Source of the DNA: Fervidobacterium sp. UBA5837
GTDB lineage: Bacteria > Thermotogota > Thermotogae > Thermotogales > Fervidobacteriaceae
DNA: 64,000 nt
Assembly: GCA_002432805.1 (NCBI GenBank)
Contig: DJGV01000001.1
Coordinates: 100,218 to 164,217, forward strand
Direction: 5' to 3'
The notes beneath the pieces were generated by a model. It was not told where the DNA came from and searched no databases. It saw only the letters and a list, made by a program, of their open reading frames with translations. Made by a program: the position numbers and the translations under genes. Positions 47,510-57,920 of this stretch are shown piece by piece (position 1 is the first letter of the stretch; every line of letters starts with the position of its first letter).

Positions 47510-48922
47510 TCAAGATGCGCTTTCGTCTGATAAGAGTTCATCACTTTGCAGAAACTCGTATACAGCTTTATCTTTACCTGATTTTTTAGCTAAGTAAAGT
47601 AACTTATCTGCTGACTTCAGTGTCTCCGTAGGAGAATGGTAGTTTTTCGAACTTGCTACTCCACAAGATATTGTACACTTTCCACTTGGGAATTGTGTCT
47701 TTCTAACTTGATCAAGTATGTTGTCGATAGCACTGATTACTTCCTTTTCATCGGTATTGGTGAATACAATGGTGAATTCCTCTCCACCGTAGCGACCCAC
47801 CATTGTATTCTCACCAATACTCTTTCTCAATATCTTGCCTATCTCTCTCAGTACTTCATCTCCTACTAAGTGACCATATGTATCATTAACTCTCTTGAAA
47901 TCATCTATATCAAGCATCGCGACGTAATATACTTCATCATCGTCTATTGGTTCAGATACTGCTTCAGATAGAGAGTTATGTGTTTCATCAAGGAACTTCA
48001 AGATCTCCTTCTTGTTGAATAAACCTGTGAGATTATCAATAGAGGAAGCTACCTTTAATTCTCTAAATAGATTTAAAGTGTTAAAAAGCAGTCCAAGGCT
48101 TTCTTCTGCTTCAATAAGCACATTGTACACTCCCCTCGGATCAGATGCATGAGAAAATGCAATCACGCAAATTTCTGAGGAATCGTATTTTACAACGAAG
48201 AAGATGAATTCATCTAATGCTGAGTCATCACCATATTCACCGAAAAATGACCACGTTGAAGGTTCTACAGGCCTCTCCATAACAGAGATTATCCTGTTTT
48301 TTAGGCTTTCTTTTTGAACGTGGAATCCAAAATTGTATATTCTACCTTCTACAGGTGATAACAGCATGAATGACAAAGCACCGAAATTTGAAAAATTCTC
48401 AAGAAATTTCTTCAAATTGCTCACGACGTAAAATTCGTCCCTTGCAAATTGGATGAGCGACAGTACTTCTCTATTGAGTATCTCTGTTCTCATCTTCTGT
48501 TCTAAGACATCGTATATACTACTTGCATAATGCATCAACGACGAGTCCGTTTTATAATTTCCCTGAATGAATCTCGACAATTCATACTCAAGCTGTTCTT
48601 TAGGCAGCATCTTTGAAATGAATTTGTTCGCGCCACTATGAAATGCCCAAAATTCATTTATGATGTCATCCGAACCGGTGAGAATAGCAATTCCGGTATC
48701 TTTAAATGCAGACACTGATCTCAAATAGAGGCACATCTGTAATCCAGATATGCCTGGCATATTGTAATCGGTTATTATTATATCAGGATACTCCTTCAAG
48801 GCAACTTCAATTCCTTGAAAGGCATCTTCCGCAACGAGTACTTCGTATCCATTCTTCTTCAACAAATCTTCAAGAACTGTTCGCCAAAACCTGCTATCAT
48901 CAACCAATAAGGCCTTGTTCAA
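47510..48922 (-). CDS. Response-regulator receiver + unassigned middle domain + GGDEF diguanylate cyclase
   Basis: REC domain: LLVDDS..., IIITDYNMPG. GGDEF domain: DIDDFKRVNDTYGHLVGDEVL, RYGGEEF. Confidence 0.9.
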   Translation of the reverse strand: MNKALLVDDSRFWRTVLEDLLKKNGYEVLVAEDAFQGIEVALKEYPDIIITDYNMPGISGLQMCLYLRSVSAFKDTGIAILTGSDDIINEFWAFHSGANKFISKMLPKEQLEYELSRFIQGNYKTDSSLMHYASSIYDVLEQKMRTEILNREVLSLIQFARDEFYVVSNLKKFLENFSNFGALSFMLLSPVEGRIYNFGFHVQKESLKNRIISVMERPVEPSTWSFFGEYGDDSALDEFIFFVVKYDSSEICVIAFSHASDPRGVYNVLIEAEESLGLLFNTLNLFRELKVASSIDNLTGLFNKKEILKFLDETHNSLSEAVSEPIDDDEVYYVAMLDIDDFKRVNDTYGHLVGDEVLREIGKILRKSIGENTMVGRYGGEEFTIVFTNTDEKEVISAIDNILDQVRKTQFPSGKCTISCGVASSKNYHSPTETLKSADKLLYLAKKSGKDKAVYEFLQSDELLSDESAS

Positions 48923-48966
48923 CGCCTATCCCCTTCTTGTAAAAATCGCTATCCATGTACATTAAA

Positions 48967-50121
48967 TTATACTACATTTTTCTCTTTTTCTACCTCTGCA
49001 TTTGCAAATCTATCGACATTTAGGTAAGATATGTCGGTATGAGTGGTCTTTCCAAGCACGATAAGCTCAGCCAACGCTTCTGTCACAGCTGGTGCAACCA
49101 TGAATCCATGACCGGAATATCCCACTGCATAGAAGTAATTGTTGACAATATTACTCTGACCTATTATAGGTTGAGCATCAGGTGACATGTTGTACATTCC
49201 ACTCCAATGCCTCATTATTCTAAGATTTCTCAAAAACGGGAATAGTTTAACCATTTTGACCGTGAGTTCTTTCTCAAATTTGAAAGTTACGTTGTAATTT
49301 ATGCCAGGCTTTTCATCTTTATCGCCTTGGCCCATTATGAATTGTCCATGTTGTGCTTGTCTCATGTAGAAGTTCCCCGCAAAACTTATTGCCATCATTG
49401 GGAAGAAATTTTCAAGCGGTTCTGTCACGAAGATTTGATGCCTATAACTCTCAGTTGGCAAATCAACGCCGACGAGTTGAGATACTTGTTTTGACCATGG
49501 CCCCGATGCATTTACGACAGCGTCGCATTTGAAATATCCTTGATTGGTATCAACTCCAACAACCTTACCATTTTGCACGTCAATTCCCAAGACCTCTGTA
49601 TGTGTGTATATCCTTGCTCCCATTCTTCTTGCCGCTTGCGCGTAGCCAATAACCGCCTTGTGTGGATTGGCATGTCCGTCTTTCTGACAAAATGTAGCTA
49701 GGACGAGGTCTTCTGTGTTGATATAGGGATACCTCTCACTAACTTGTTTTGGGGTTAGTATTTCAACATCAAGTCCCTCTTCTCTTTGTATTTCAACGTT
49801 CTTCTCAAATTGTTTTGCCTCTTCTTCATCGTAAGAAAGCATGAGATATCCACCTTGATAATATTCAATATCAGTTCCAACGTCTTCTTTGAAATGTTCA
49901 AAAAGTTCTACACTTCTCATTGCAAGACGTACGTTATTTTTCGTAGACCATTGTTGACGAATTCCACCGCCACAACGACCTGTAGAACCAGAAGATAGGT
50001 ACGACTTTTCAAAAACGGCCACGGAAGTTTCACCCAAATTGCAAAGTGAATATGCCAGCGCCGTTCCAGTTATTCCTCCACCTATTATGCAAACATTGTA
50101 TGCTCCTTTTACCTCACTCAT
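48967..50121 (-). CDS. FAD-dependent oxidoreductase (DAO family; sarcosine oxidase beta / HcnC / L-proline dehydrogenase beta-like)
   Basis: CIIGGGITGTALAY dinucleotide fold. 384 aa. ATG at 50121 after AAGGAG. Overlaps the stop of the upstream subunit. Confidence 0.85.
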   Translation of the reverse strand: MSEVKGAYNVCIIGGGITGTALAYSLCNLGETSVAVFEKSYLSSGSTGRCGGGIRQQWSTKNNVRLAMRSVELFEHFKEDVGTDIEYYQGGYLMLSYDEEEAKQFEKNVEIQREEGLDVEILTPKQVSERYPYINTEDLVLATFCQKDGHANPHKAVIGYAQAARRMGARIYTHTEVLGIDVQNGKVVGVDTNQGYFKCDAVVNASGPWSKQVSQLVGVDLPTESYRHQIFVTEPLENFFPMMAISFAGNFYMRQAQHGQFIMGQGDKDEKPGINYNVTFKFEKELTVKMVKLFPFLRNLRIMRHWSGMYNMSPDAQPIIGQSNIVNNYFYAVGYSGHGFMVAPAVTEALAELIVLGKTTHTDISYLNVDRFANAEVEKEKNVV

Positions 50122-51967
50122 CTGTACCCACTCCTTTCGCATATCTCACAATAGCATCGATCGGAAGAGGGATAACAGGTGGTCTGAATGCACCCAATCT
50201 GCTCTCCGAAATTGGAACACCAGTTTTTTCGGATATTATTTGTAAAACAACACTTCTACAAGTCTTTCCACCGCATGGGCCCATTCCAATACGTAATACT
50301 CTTCTGATCTCTTCGTAATCTGTAATGCCAGAATCTATCAATTTCTCTACATCATTTCTTGAAACTTCCTCACATCTGCATATGTATGCCTGCGACTCTT
50401 CCGAAACAGTGGACATTTCAAAGTGCCTTACAACACCTTCCATACCCTTTGGAACCTTTAAAAATGCGATATGAGTCTTCTCTTTTCTATTGATCATAAC
50501 CCTATCTATCTGACCATCCGCAACATATTTCCCATTCTTGTCTAGTAGCTTGACAGAACTCCCCTTTTCAGGAACTGGTAAGAATTCATACGGAATTCCA
50601 ACTATAGAATGTTCTTCTCTTTGCTGTACGAGGAAGATTGCAAGTCCTGGACATTTAGTTACGCATATGCCACACCCTGTGCATTTCTCATAATCTACTT
50701 GTGGTACACCATTTATATTTCCACCAGTGTTTATTGCACCAGTTGGACATGATGTTTCGCAAGGATTACATGGAATGGCTTGTGGACATTCAATAACTGC
50801 CTTCAATCTTGAAAGTGACGATGGCATCTGCTGTATTTCTTCTCTGTATCCACCGCCTGGGAATGATATACCCATTTTCTTCAGACCTTCTCTAACTTTG
50901 GCTGCAAATGGACCCTTTCTAAACTCAACGAGCTCATTTTTCATATTAGTAATCTTTTCCGACATGTCTTTTCCTGTAATCTTCTGTGCTATGTTGTACC
51001 CTGCAATGTATCCTTCTATCATAGCGGTAGAAGCCTCTTCGATACCTGAAAGATCACCTGCAACGTAGACATTATTGACCGTCGTTTTCATGTTTTCATC
51101 TCTCACTGGTACATACCCACCAAGTTCAGAGATGTACTTAATCTCTGCTCCGGTCTGAGCAACGAGTTCAACACTGGGTTGCAGTCCAACTGCAAGACAG
51201 ATAGTATCAACGGCAATTTCTTTTTCCGTACCTGGAATCGGTTTGAACTTGCCATCTACCTGAGCAATTATTGCACCTTCAACTCTATCCTCACCGAGTG
51301 CACTTATAATTGTGTGATTAAGTAATATTGGAATACCGAGGCGCATGATCTTATTTGCATGGACCATGTACCCACCGATTTTCGAAGTTGCTTCCACGAT
51401 TGCTTTGACCTTTGCACCTGCTTGGAGCAGTTGATATGCGACAATTAATCCTATGTTTCCTGCACCAATTATCAGGAATGATTTTCCAGGCATGACTTTG
51501 TATTGATTCATCAAGGTCTGCACAGCCCCGGCACCATACACACCCGGTAATGTATTATTCTTGAATAGTAAGAATCTTTCCGAGGCACCTGTCGCAATCA
51601 AGATGTAGTCTGCAGTATACTCGCTCACACTGTTTGAATTTCTATCGTAAGCGACGATTGAATCTTCATAAATACCTGCGAGCGTAGTTTGCATCAAGAA
51701 ATTTATACCAAGTTCTCTAGCTTTATCTACAAGACGTTTTCCTATTTCAAAACCTCTTACAGACGCATAAAATCCCTCATGACCAAAGAATTTGTGAGTC
51801 TGTTTCGGAAGTTGTCCACCAGGTTCTATACCTTCATCCACTACTAACACTTTCGTACCGTCACCAATACTTTCAGCAATTGCAATTGCACCACATAGAC
51901 CCGCAGGACCTGCTCCAATTACTATAGCATCAACATGCCTTTTCCCACCAGCTTGATTGTCTACCAT
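50114..51967 (-). CDS. NAD(P)/FAD-dependent pyridine-nucleotide-disulfide-type oxidoreductase with 2x[4Fe-4S] ferredoxin and BFD-like [2Fe-2S] domains (HcnB / SoxA-like)
   Basis: VIGAGPAGL, IIGAGNIGL, CNPCETSCPTGAI...CTGCGICVTKCPGLA, CRCEEV...GPCGGKTC. Confidence 0.85.
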   Translation of the reverse strand: MVDNQAGGKRHVDAIVIGAGPAGLCGAIAIAESIGDGTKVLVVDEGIEPGGQLPKQTHKFFGHEGFYASVRGFEIGKRLVDKARELGINFLMQTTLAGIYEDSIVAYDRNSNSVSEYTADYILIATGASERFLLFKNNTLPGVYGAGAVQTLMNQYKVMPGKSFLIIGAGNIGLIVAYQLLQAGAKVKAIVEATSKIGGYMVHANKIMRLGIPILLNHTIISALGEDRVEGAIIAQVDGKFKPIPGTEKEIAVDTICLAVGLQPSVELVAQTGAEIKYISELGGYVPVRDENMKTTVNNVYVAGDLSGIEEASTAMIEGYIAGYNIAQKITGKDMSEKITNMKNELVEFRKGPFAAKVREGLKKMGISFPGGGYREEIQQMPSSLSRLKAVIECPQAIPCNPCETSCPTGAINTGGNINGVPQVDYEKCTGCGICVTKCPGLAIFLVQQREEHSIVGIPYEFLPVPEKGSSVKLLDKNGKYVADGQIDRVMINRKEKTHIAFLKVPKGMEGVVRHFEMSTVSEESQAYICRCEEVSRNDVEKLIDSGITDYEEIRRVLRIGMGPCGGKTCRSVVLQIISEKTGVPISESRLGAFRPPVIPLPIDAIVRYAKGVGTDE

Positions 51968-52278
51968 TTTGGCTTCCCCCTTCCTTCTTGTCTACGGACA
52001 TTTATCCCATCGCGGACGGGGGTAATGCAAGACCTTACATTTGGAATGCCATCAACTTCGACAAGGCATGATGAACATTTTCCAATTGCACAGAAGAATC
52101 CCCTTGCATGGTTGTGTTCGGTAAATCCAAATATATCGATACCATTTGCAATCAGTGCGCTTGCTATCGTATCACTTGGAAGTGCACAAATAGGCTGGCC
52201 TTCAAAATAAAAAACAACATGCGTCTTACTAGTAGAAGACTTAACATCCAAAATTGGATGTTCAACTAACCTCCCCAT
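51961..52278 (-). CDS. Small (2Fe-2S)-binding subunit (HcnA / sarcosine oxidase alpha N-terminal-like)
   Basis: FEGQPICALPSDTIASALIANG...FCAIGKCSSCLVEVDG..NVRSC. ATG after GGAGGGG. Confidence 0.8.
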   Translation of the reverse strand: MGRLVEHPILDVKSSTSKTHVVFYFEGQPICALPSDTIASALIANGIDIFGFTEHNHARGFFCAIGKCSSCLVEVDGIPNVRSCITPVRDGINVRRQEGRGKPKW

Positions 52279-52466
52279 GTATTCCCCTCCAATCAGTAAA
52301 CTCAAAGAATTTAAAAAATCAAAAAGTTCAAGAAATTTCTTAAATGAAAGCTCCTACACTTATATAATTATATGACCTGAATACCATTTCAGCAAAATAT
52401 GGAATTTGTTTGTTATGCGAAGATAATTTTATGTATCGCTATGGAGTTCAATCAATCTCTGGTTTG

Positions 52467-52475
52467 TGTTATAAT
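52467..52475 (+). promoter_or_regulatory. Extended -10 promoter element TGTTATAAT upstream of rlmI
   Basis: tgtgttataatct. The same 13-mer recurs at 62868-62880. Confidence 0.4.
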
Positions 52476-52541
52476 CTAAAGTGTATCTAACGTATGGAAG
52501 TGAGTAGCAGAATTTGGAACTTTGCTTGAGAGGGTGATTGT

Positions 52542-53738
52542 GTGTCTAAGTTGTCAAAAGGGGCAAAAATTGTACTTAAGAAAGACATCAAAAGGCGTGT
52601 ACTACTTGGCCATCCATGGATTTATGATAACGAGATAGAACGTATAGATGGCAATTTTACAAATGGTTCAATAGTCGATGTTTACACATCTGCAGGACAA
52701 TTTCTAGGACGTGGTTACATCAACACTGAATCAAGAATAACTGTAAGGTTGTTGACTCGCAAAATGGTTGAAATAAACAAAGAATTCATAAGAAAGAGAT
52801 TTGACGAAGCATTAAGAAATCGTTATAGCATCGTCCATGAAAATGCGTACAGAGTACTCTTCGGTGAGGCTGATGGGCTGCCAGGTCTTGTTGTCGATAA
52901 GTTCGACAAGTATCTCTCAGTACAATTCAACACACTAGGGATGTACATGCTCAAGCAGCAGATAATTGATGTGCTGATCGATATCTTCCATCCAGCTGCC
53001 ATTTTTGAACATACTGAAGGGAGTGCTGTGAGAAAAGAGGGATTAGAAGAGCGCGCTGAGTGGATATATGGAAAAGGTCCTGAATTGATACCGTTTGAAA
53101 ACAACGGTATCAAATTCTTAGCCGACACAAAAGGTCAAAAGACAGGTGCATTCTTAGATCAAAGAGAAAATGCAAGAAAACTTATGGAATTTGCCAAAGA
53201 TAGAGTATGCTTAGATTGCTTTTCATACACAGGCAATTTTGGTATGCACTTACTGAAAGGTGGTGCTAAACACGTTACATTTGTCGATTATTCAGATAGA
53301 GCAATCGAAATTTCAAGAGAAATAGCAAGGCTTAACGGATTTGACAACTGCGACTTTGTTGTCGAAAATGTTTTCGATTATCTAAAGTCCAACTACGAAA
53401 AATCCAACTTATTTGACCTCATAGTACTTGATCCACCATCATTTGCAAAGAGTGCCGCAAATAGAGATGCAGCATTCAAAGGATATAAGGAAATAAACTA
53501 CAGAAGCATGAAAATTCTCAAGAATAATGGCTTGCTTGCAACTGCTTCTTGCACTCAAGTTGTATCACAAACAGAGTTCGAAAACGTTTTGGTGGAAGCA
53601 GGTATTGATGCAAAGGTCATCTTGAGACTCTTATACAGAGGCGGTCAGTCGATAGATCACCCACAAGTCTACAGTATACTGGAAAGCATGTACTTGAAAT
53701 TCTTGATTTTACAGATAACATATATAAGTAGTATCTAA
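52542..53738 (+). CDS. rlmI: Class I SAM-dependent rRNA (cytosine-C5) methyltransferase, RlmI-like (PUA + MTase)
   Basis: N-terminal GHPWIYDNEI (PUA-like), GLVVDKF, FSYTG.FG, LDPPSFAKS. Confidence 0.85.
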   Translation: MSKLSKGAKIVLKKDIKRRVLLGHPWIYDNEIERIDGNFTNGSIVDVYTSAGQFLGRGYINTESRITVRLLTRKMVEINKEFIRKRFDEALRNRYSIVHENAYRVLFGEADGLPGLVVDKFDKYLSVQFNTLGMYMLKQQIIDVLIDIFHPAAIFEHTEGSAVRKEGLEERAEWIYGKGPELIPFENNGIKFLADTKGQKTGAFLDQRENARKLMEFAKDRVCLDCFSYTGNFGMHLLKGGAKHVTFVDYSDRAIEISREIARLNGFDNCDFVVENVFDYLKSNYEKSNLFDLIVLDPPSFAKSAANRDAAFKGYKEINYRSMKILKNNGLLATASCTQVVSQTEFENVLVEAGIDAKVILRLLYRGGQSIDHPQVYSILESMYLKFLILQITYISSI

Positions 53739-53852
53739 CTGTTTTCAATATCGTCATAAAATGTTATAATTGTTTCGAGAACTCTGTACGATGGAAATGT
53801 TTATACGCTTCAAGATATTTAGGAGATTAAAGATGGATCGAGGGATGTAAAG

Positions 53853-55700
53853 ATGCAGGGGAGAAAGCACATACGTTTCCTTAAATTATTTCTTTATACT
53901 ATTCTTTTCTTACCTTCCTTACTTTTTTCAGGTGCACTTATAGTCTCTTCCAATTCTCTTGTGGATGAAGCTGGAAATGTCATAAAGTCTGGTACTTTTT
54001 CAGATGTTCTATACGATGGAATGCAATATTATTATATCGCCAGTGATGGAATATACACGCTCGATGGAAAAACGAAGATAGACATAAGGAACGCTCAAAG
54101 AGTCGGCATGAATTATGTTACTTCAGCAAATAAAGTATACAAGATATCAAACGGAAAGGCTGCCACCATCGGAACAGTTCCAAGCACACTCCAGAGTATA
54201 GTAGTAAAAGATGATTACATAATGGGTATAGATGGAAGTCAAGTTGTCTGCTACGATGAAGGTACAATCGTCTGGTCAATGGTCGTTTCGGCAAAGACGT
54301 TGAAATTGAGTGGTGACTACTTGGTCGCTTTTGGAACGCAATCACAGCTCTTCAATGTATCTAATCCGAAATACGTCAAACTTGAACGCACCTACCCTTC
54401 GTACAAAGACTATGCATTCTTTTCAGGTTATCATGCATTTAGCGATGGAACAAAGATATACTTGTACAAGGGAAATGCAAGACTTAGTTCGACGTTTCCA
54501 TACAAAGGCCAACTACTCACTGATGGAAATAATCTTTATTCAGGAAATATTGTAATAACAAGTGATTTGATCCAAAAGGATCAAAAATTCACTGCCAAAT
54601 CTCTTGTACCCGTTATCACAAACGAAGAAGATACCTCAACTGTTGCTGAAGTTCCCGACAAGATTGAAGAAACACAACCAACAGTTTCCAACCAAAGTAA
54701 TCAGCCCGATACGAGTGTTCAAAGTACCACTCAGCCGGAGATATCCGTTGTCAAACCGTCTGAAAAGGCGCCAACAACGAAAGAACCTAAGTTGTACGAA
54801 CTGATTTGGAAAGTAGTTATAAACGATGAAATATTTGGAAAGCCAGCGGTAAAAGAGACAACTGCGTATGTTCCTACACTCAAAGGTAGTGTTTTTGCCA
54901 TATCCGATGGGAAAATTCAGTGGACTTTTAAGACAAGCTTTGTAATAGTTGCACATGTGACAGTTGGTAACAATGTATACATAGTATCTTGGGACGATAC
55001 CGTTTACGCTGTAAATGAAAAGGGACAACTGAGTTGGAAATTAAAACTCGACGGAGATATCTCTCAAGGGCCCGCATGGGACGGTTATTATCTCTATGTT
55101 GTGACCGACAATGGTACGATGTATACTATAAAAGACCTTGGAAAGAGTGGAAGCATGACATCTTCTTACAGGACTGCATCGTATCCTGTAATACCACCGT
55201 CTGTCTCACTCTCTGGAAAGATATATGTTGTAGATGGTGTGGGAAATCTGTGGCGTGAAAAGGAATCGACTACGTTTGTAGGGAAGATAAAGAATCTACC
55301 ATTAGTATCAGAAAATCCTTACGTAAGTCAGCAACTCGGTTTTACACTGGTAGATGAAACGGGGTTATCGTATGAGTTCGTACCTATGCAGAAAGAAACA
55401 CAGATATTGAGAGGGAAAAGCGCATTTTTAACGATAAGTGGTCAAGTTAATGATGCAGTTATAGGCAAGAAGAACATGTACATCCTAACAGACTCCGGTA
55501 AATTCTACGTTATAGATAAAGAATCGAAGAAAACATTATTTACTGACACAGTTCAAAACGGTCGATATGTTTCTTTAAGCAACGGCTATTTATTCGTATT
55601 TGGCAATGAGGCCAGGTGTTACTACGTTGGTGATACGCCATCCGGGCTGTGGAATAGCTTGTATGGAAATTCATTGAACTGGAATTCGGCAATAAAATAA
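53853..55700 (+). CDS. Secreted PQQ-like beta-propeller repeat protein with a P/T/S/Q-rich linker
   Basis: Signal peptide FLKLFLYTILFLPSLLFSGA. Linker EETQPTVSNQSNQPDTSVQSTTQPEISVVKPSEKAPTTKEPK. Repeats include GSVFAISDGKIQWTF, DTVYAVNEKGQLSWK and NGTMYTIKD. Confidence 0.75.
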   Translation: MQGRKHIRFLKLFLYTILFLPSLLFSGALIVSSNSLVDEAGNVIKSGTFSDVLYDGMQYYYIASDGIYTLDGKTKIDIRNAQRVGMNYVTSANKVYKISNGKAATIGTVPSTLQSIVVKDDYIMGIDGSQVVCYDEGTIVWSMVVSAKTLKLSGDYLVAFGTQSQLFNVSNPKYVKLERTYPSYKDYAFFSGYHAFSDGTKIYLYKGNARLSSTFPYKGQLLTDGNNLYSGNIVITSDLIQKDQKFTAKSLVPVITNEEDTSTVAEVPDKIEETQPTVSNQSNQPDTSVQSTTQPEISVVKPSEKAPTTKEPKLYELIWKVVINDEIFGKPAVKETTAYVPTLKGSVFAISDGKIQWTFKTSFVIVAHVTVGNNVYIVSWDDTVYAVNEKGQLSWKLKLDGDISQGPAWDGYYLYVVTDNGTMYTIKDLGKSGSMTSSYRTASYPVIPPSVSLSGKIYVVDGVGNLWREKESTTFVGKIKNLPLVSENPYVSQQLGFTLVDETGLSYEFVPMQKETQILRGKSAFLTISGQVNDAVIGKKNMYILTDSGKFYVIDKESKKTLFTDTVQNGRYVSLSNGYLFVFGNEARCYYVGDTPSGLWNSLYGNSLNWNSAIK

Positions 55701-55750
55701 TGAATAGTAAAGAGTAATAAAACACGCATTATTTCAAGAGAGGTAATACA

Positions 55751-56296
55751 TTGACAAGACTATTGGGTGATTTTTCTTATTATGCCGTTTGTGTACCTGT
55801 TTTTATGGGTCGATTCTTATTTGAAGTCAGATCAGAGTACGTCTCTCAACCACTTGAAGTTGCATTCCCTGGTGGGAAAATCGAAGATGATGAAACTCCT
55901 TTTGAAGCTGCTCTAAGAGAATTGAGAGAAGAAACTGGGCTTAGCATAGTATCGAAAATTTGTGATGTAGAGCCTGTTGTTACTCCTTTTAACACGGTCA
56001 TATTTCCGTTCATTGTCGAAGTTGATATAAAGAATATGGTCATCAGCAAATCCGAAGTTTCAGAAGTCTTTCTTGCACCTGTAGAATTCTTCGAAATCCC
56101 TTACAAAATAGCAAATGTAGATGTGAAACTTGAACCTCCAGACGATTTTCCATATGAGCTTATTCCATTTAAAAGAGATTATCCGTGGAAAACTGGTAAG
56201 TATGAAGTCATATTCTACAAATGGGACAGTTACATTATCTGGGGTATAACTGCAAGAATTGCTCGGAGGGCCGCTCAAATTCTGAGAAAAGGTTGA
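55751..56296 (+). CDS. NUDIX hydrolase (CoA pyrophosphatase-like)
   Basis: Nudix box GGKIEDDETPFEAALRELREETGL. TTG after AGAGGTAA. Confidence 0.82.
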   Translation: MTRLLGDFSYYAVCVPVFMGRFLFEVRSEYVSQPLEVAFPGGKIEDDETPFEAALRELREETGLSIVSKICDVEPVVTPFNTVIFPFIVEVDIKNMVISKSEVSEVFLAPVEFFEIPYKIANVDVKLEPPDDFPYELIPFKRDYPWKTGKYEVIFYKWDSYIIWGITARIARRAAQILRKG

Positions 56297-56347
56297 ATGG
56301 TTTAACGTATAGAATGAGAAACATGGGAAAATATGGGGGGAACGGGG

Positions 56348-57868
56348 ATGTTTTTTAAGATTTATTCTGCTGTCATAGTGGGTATAACGCCACTTCTTGT
56401 CTCAGTTGAAGTAGACATAAACTCTCGTAGCGTAAAGAGAGACATGAACATAGTTGGGCTTCCTGACACTGCAGTAAAGGAAAGCAAACAGAGAATCATC
56501 AGTGCATTCAAAAACTCTGGTATTGCACTTCCTGATGGACTTGTAACGGTGAATCTTGCACCGAGTGATGTAAAAAAGGAAGGCACATATTTAGACCTTG
56601 CAATTGCACTTGCGATCTTGGGTGCAACAAAGCACATTCCACAATTTGAAAGTGTTGTTTTAGGCGAGTTAGGATTAGATGGAAATATCCGAAAAGTAAA
56701 AGGCGTACTTCCTATATTGCTCGAATACTCTGACAAGGGTTTTGACTTCATCATACCGCAAGACAACACCACAGAAGCTCTCGCTTCAAAATCCAAGTTC
56801 AAGGCCTTCTCCTCACTTTCTCAAGCTGTATTATCACTTAAGACTGGTGAATATTCACTCAAAATAGATGAGTTTTCCTCAAACGTTGAGAACGTGCAGA
56901 AATACGAAGAAGACTTTTCAGATATAAAAGGCCACACTTTGCCAAAGAGAGCTTTTGAAATTGCAGCAGCCGGTGTTCACAACATTCTTATGGTTGGACC
57001 CCCAGGTACAGGAAAAACGATGTTTGCTAGAAGATTCCCGACAATATTGCCAGAGATGGATGAAAAGGAAGTCATAGAGACCTCGAAGATATACAGTGCA
57101 GTTGGATTGCTAGACTCCTCTTTGATAAAACAAAGACCGTTCAGAAGTCCACATCATACATCGAGTGCTGTTGCCATAATAGGGGGTGGCAGCAACGTAA
57201 AACCTGGTGAGGTAACGCTTGCACACAATGGTGTACTATTTTTGGATGAACTACCTGAATTTAGGCGAGATGTCCTTGAAGCACTGAGAGAACCACTCGA
57301 AGATTCTGTTGTAACCGTCTCAAGGGCAAAGGCAACACACGTATTTCCAGCCAACTTCCAGCTTATAGCAGCTATGAATCCTTGTCCATGTGGTTATTTT
57401 GGTGACAAGGAGATAGCATGCAAATGCTCTTCGTATGAGATAAAGCGATATTGGAAAAACATCTCAGGACCTATCTTGGATAGAATCGATATTCAAATTC
57501 AAGTACCCAGAGTAGAATTTGAAGAAATGCGTAGCAAGACATATGGTGAGACGAGTGCACAGATAAGGGAGAGAGTGATAAAGGCCCGCGATATTCAAAG
57601 GAAAAGATATGCAAAAGAAGTAATAAAGGTCAACAGTAAATTAAGTCACAAAATGATAGAAAAGTACATAACTCTGTCGAGTGATGCTGAAGAGATATTA
57701 AAGCTGTATGTAAAGAAATACAAATTATCTGGAAGAGCTATCGATAAGGTCTTGAAAATGGCGCAAACAATTGCTGATTTGAACGAATCAAATACGGTAG
57801 ATGTGAAATGCATCAGTGAGGCATTACAGTACAGGTTGAATAATTCCGATAGCGACTTTGCACTGTGA
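56348..57868 (+). CDS. comM: YifB/ComM-family Mg-chelatase-like ATPase
   Basis: Lon-protease-like N-domain (VGLPDTAVKESKQRI), GPPGTGKTM, GVLFLDELPEF, zinc-ribbon CPCGYFGD..CKC. Confidence 0.9.
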   Translation: MFFKIYSAVIVGITPLLVSVEVDINSRSVKRDMNIVGLPDTAVKESKQRIISAFKNSGIALPDGLVTVNLAPSDVKKEGTYLDLAIALAILGATKHIPQFESVVLGELGLDGNIRKVKGVLPILLEYSDKGFDFIIPQDNTTEALASKSKFKAFSSLSQAVLSLKTGEYSLKIDEFSSNVENVQKYEEDFSDIKGHTLPKRAFEIAAAGVHNILMVGPPGTGKTMFARRFPTILPEMDEKEVIETSKIYSAVGLLDSSLIKQRPFRSPHHTSSAVAIIGGGSNVKPGEVTLAHNGVLFLDELPEFRRDVLEALREPLEDSVVTVSRAKATHVFPANFQLIAAMNPCPCGYFGDKEIACKCSSYEIKRYWKNISGPILDRIDIQIQVPRVEFEEMRSKTYGETSAQIRERVIKARDIQRKRYAKEVIKVNSKLSHKMIEKYITLSSDAEEILKLYVKKYKLSGRAIDKVLKMAQTIADLNESNTVDVKCISEALQYRLNNSDSDFAL

Positions 57869-57920
57869 TTTTCATGCATCTTAGAATAACCGTGATAAAG
57901 CACAGAAATAGAACAGGGGG

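Noticed and set aside
53833-53850. 5-codon mini-ORF (MDRGM) just upstream of the PQQ-repeat gene
   Set aside because: It is too short to evaluate. Its sequence mainly provides the GAGGGA RBS for the ATG at 53853.
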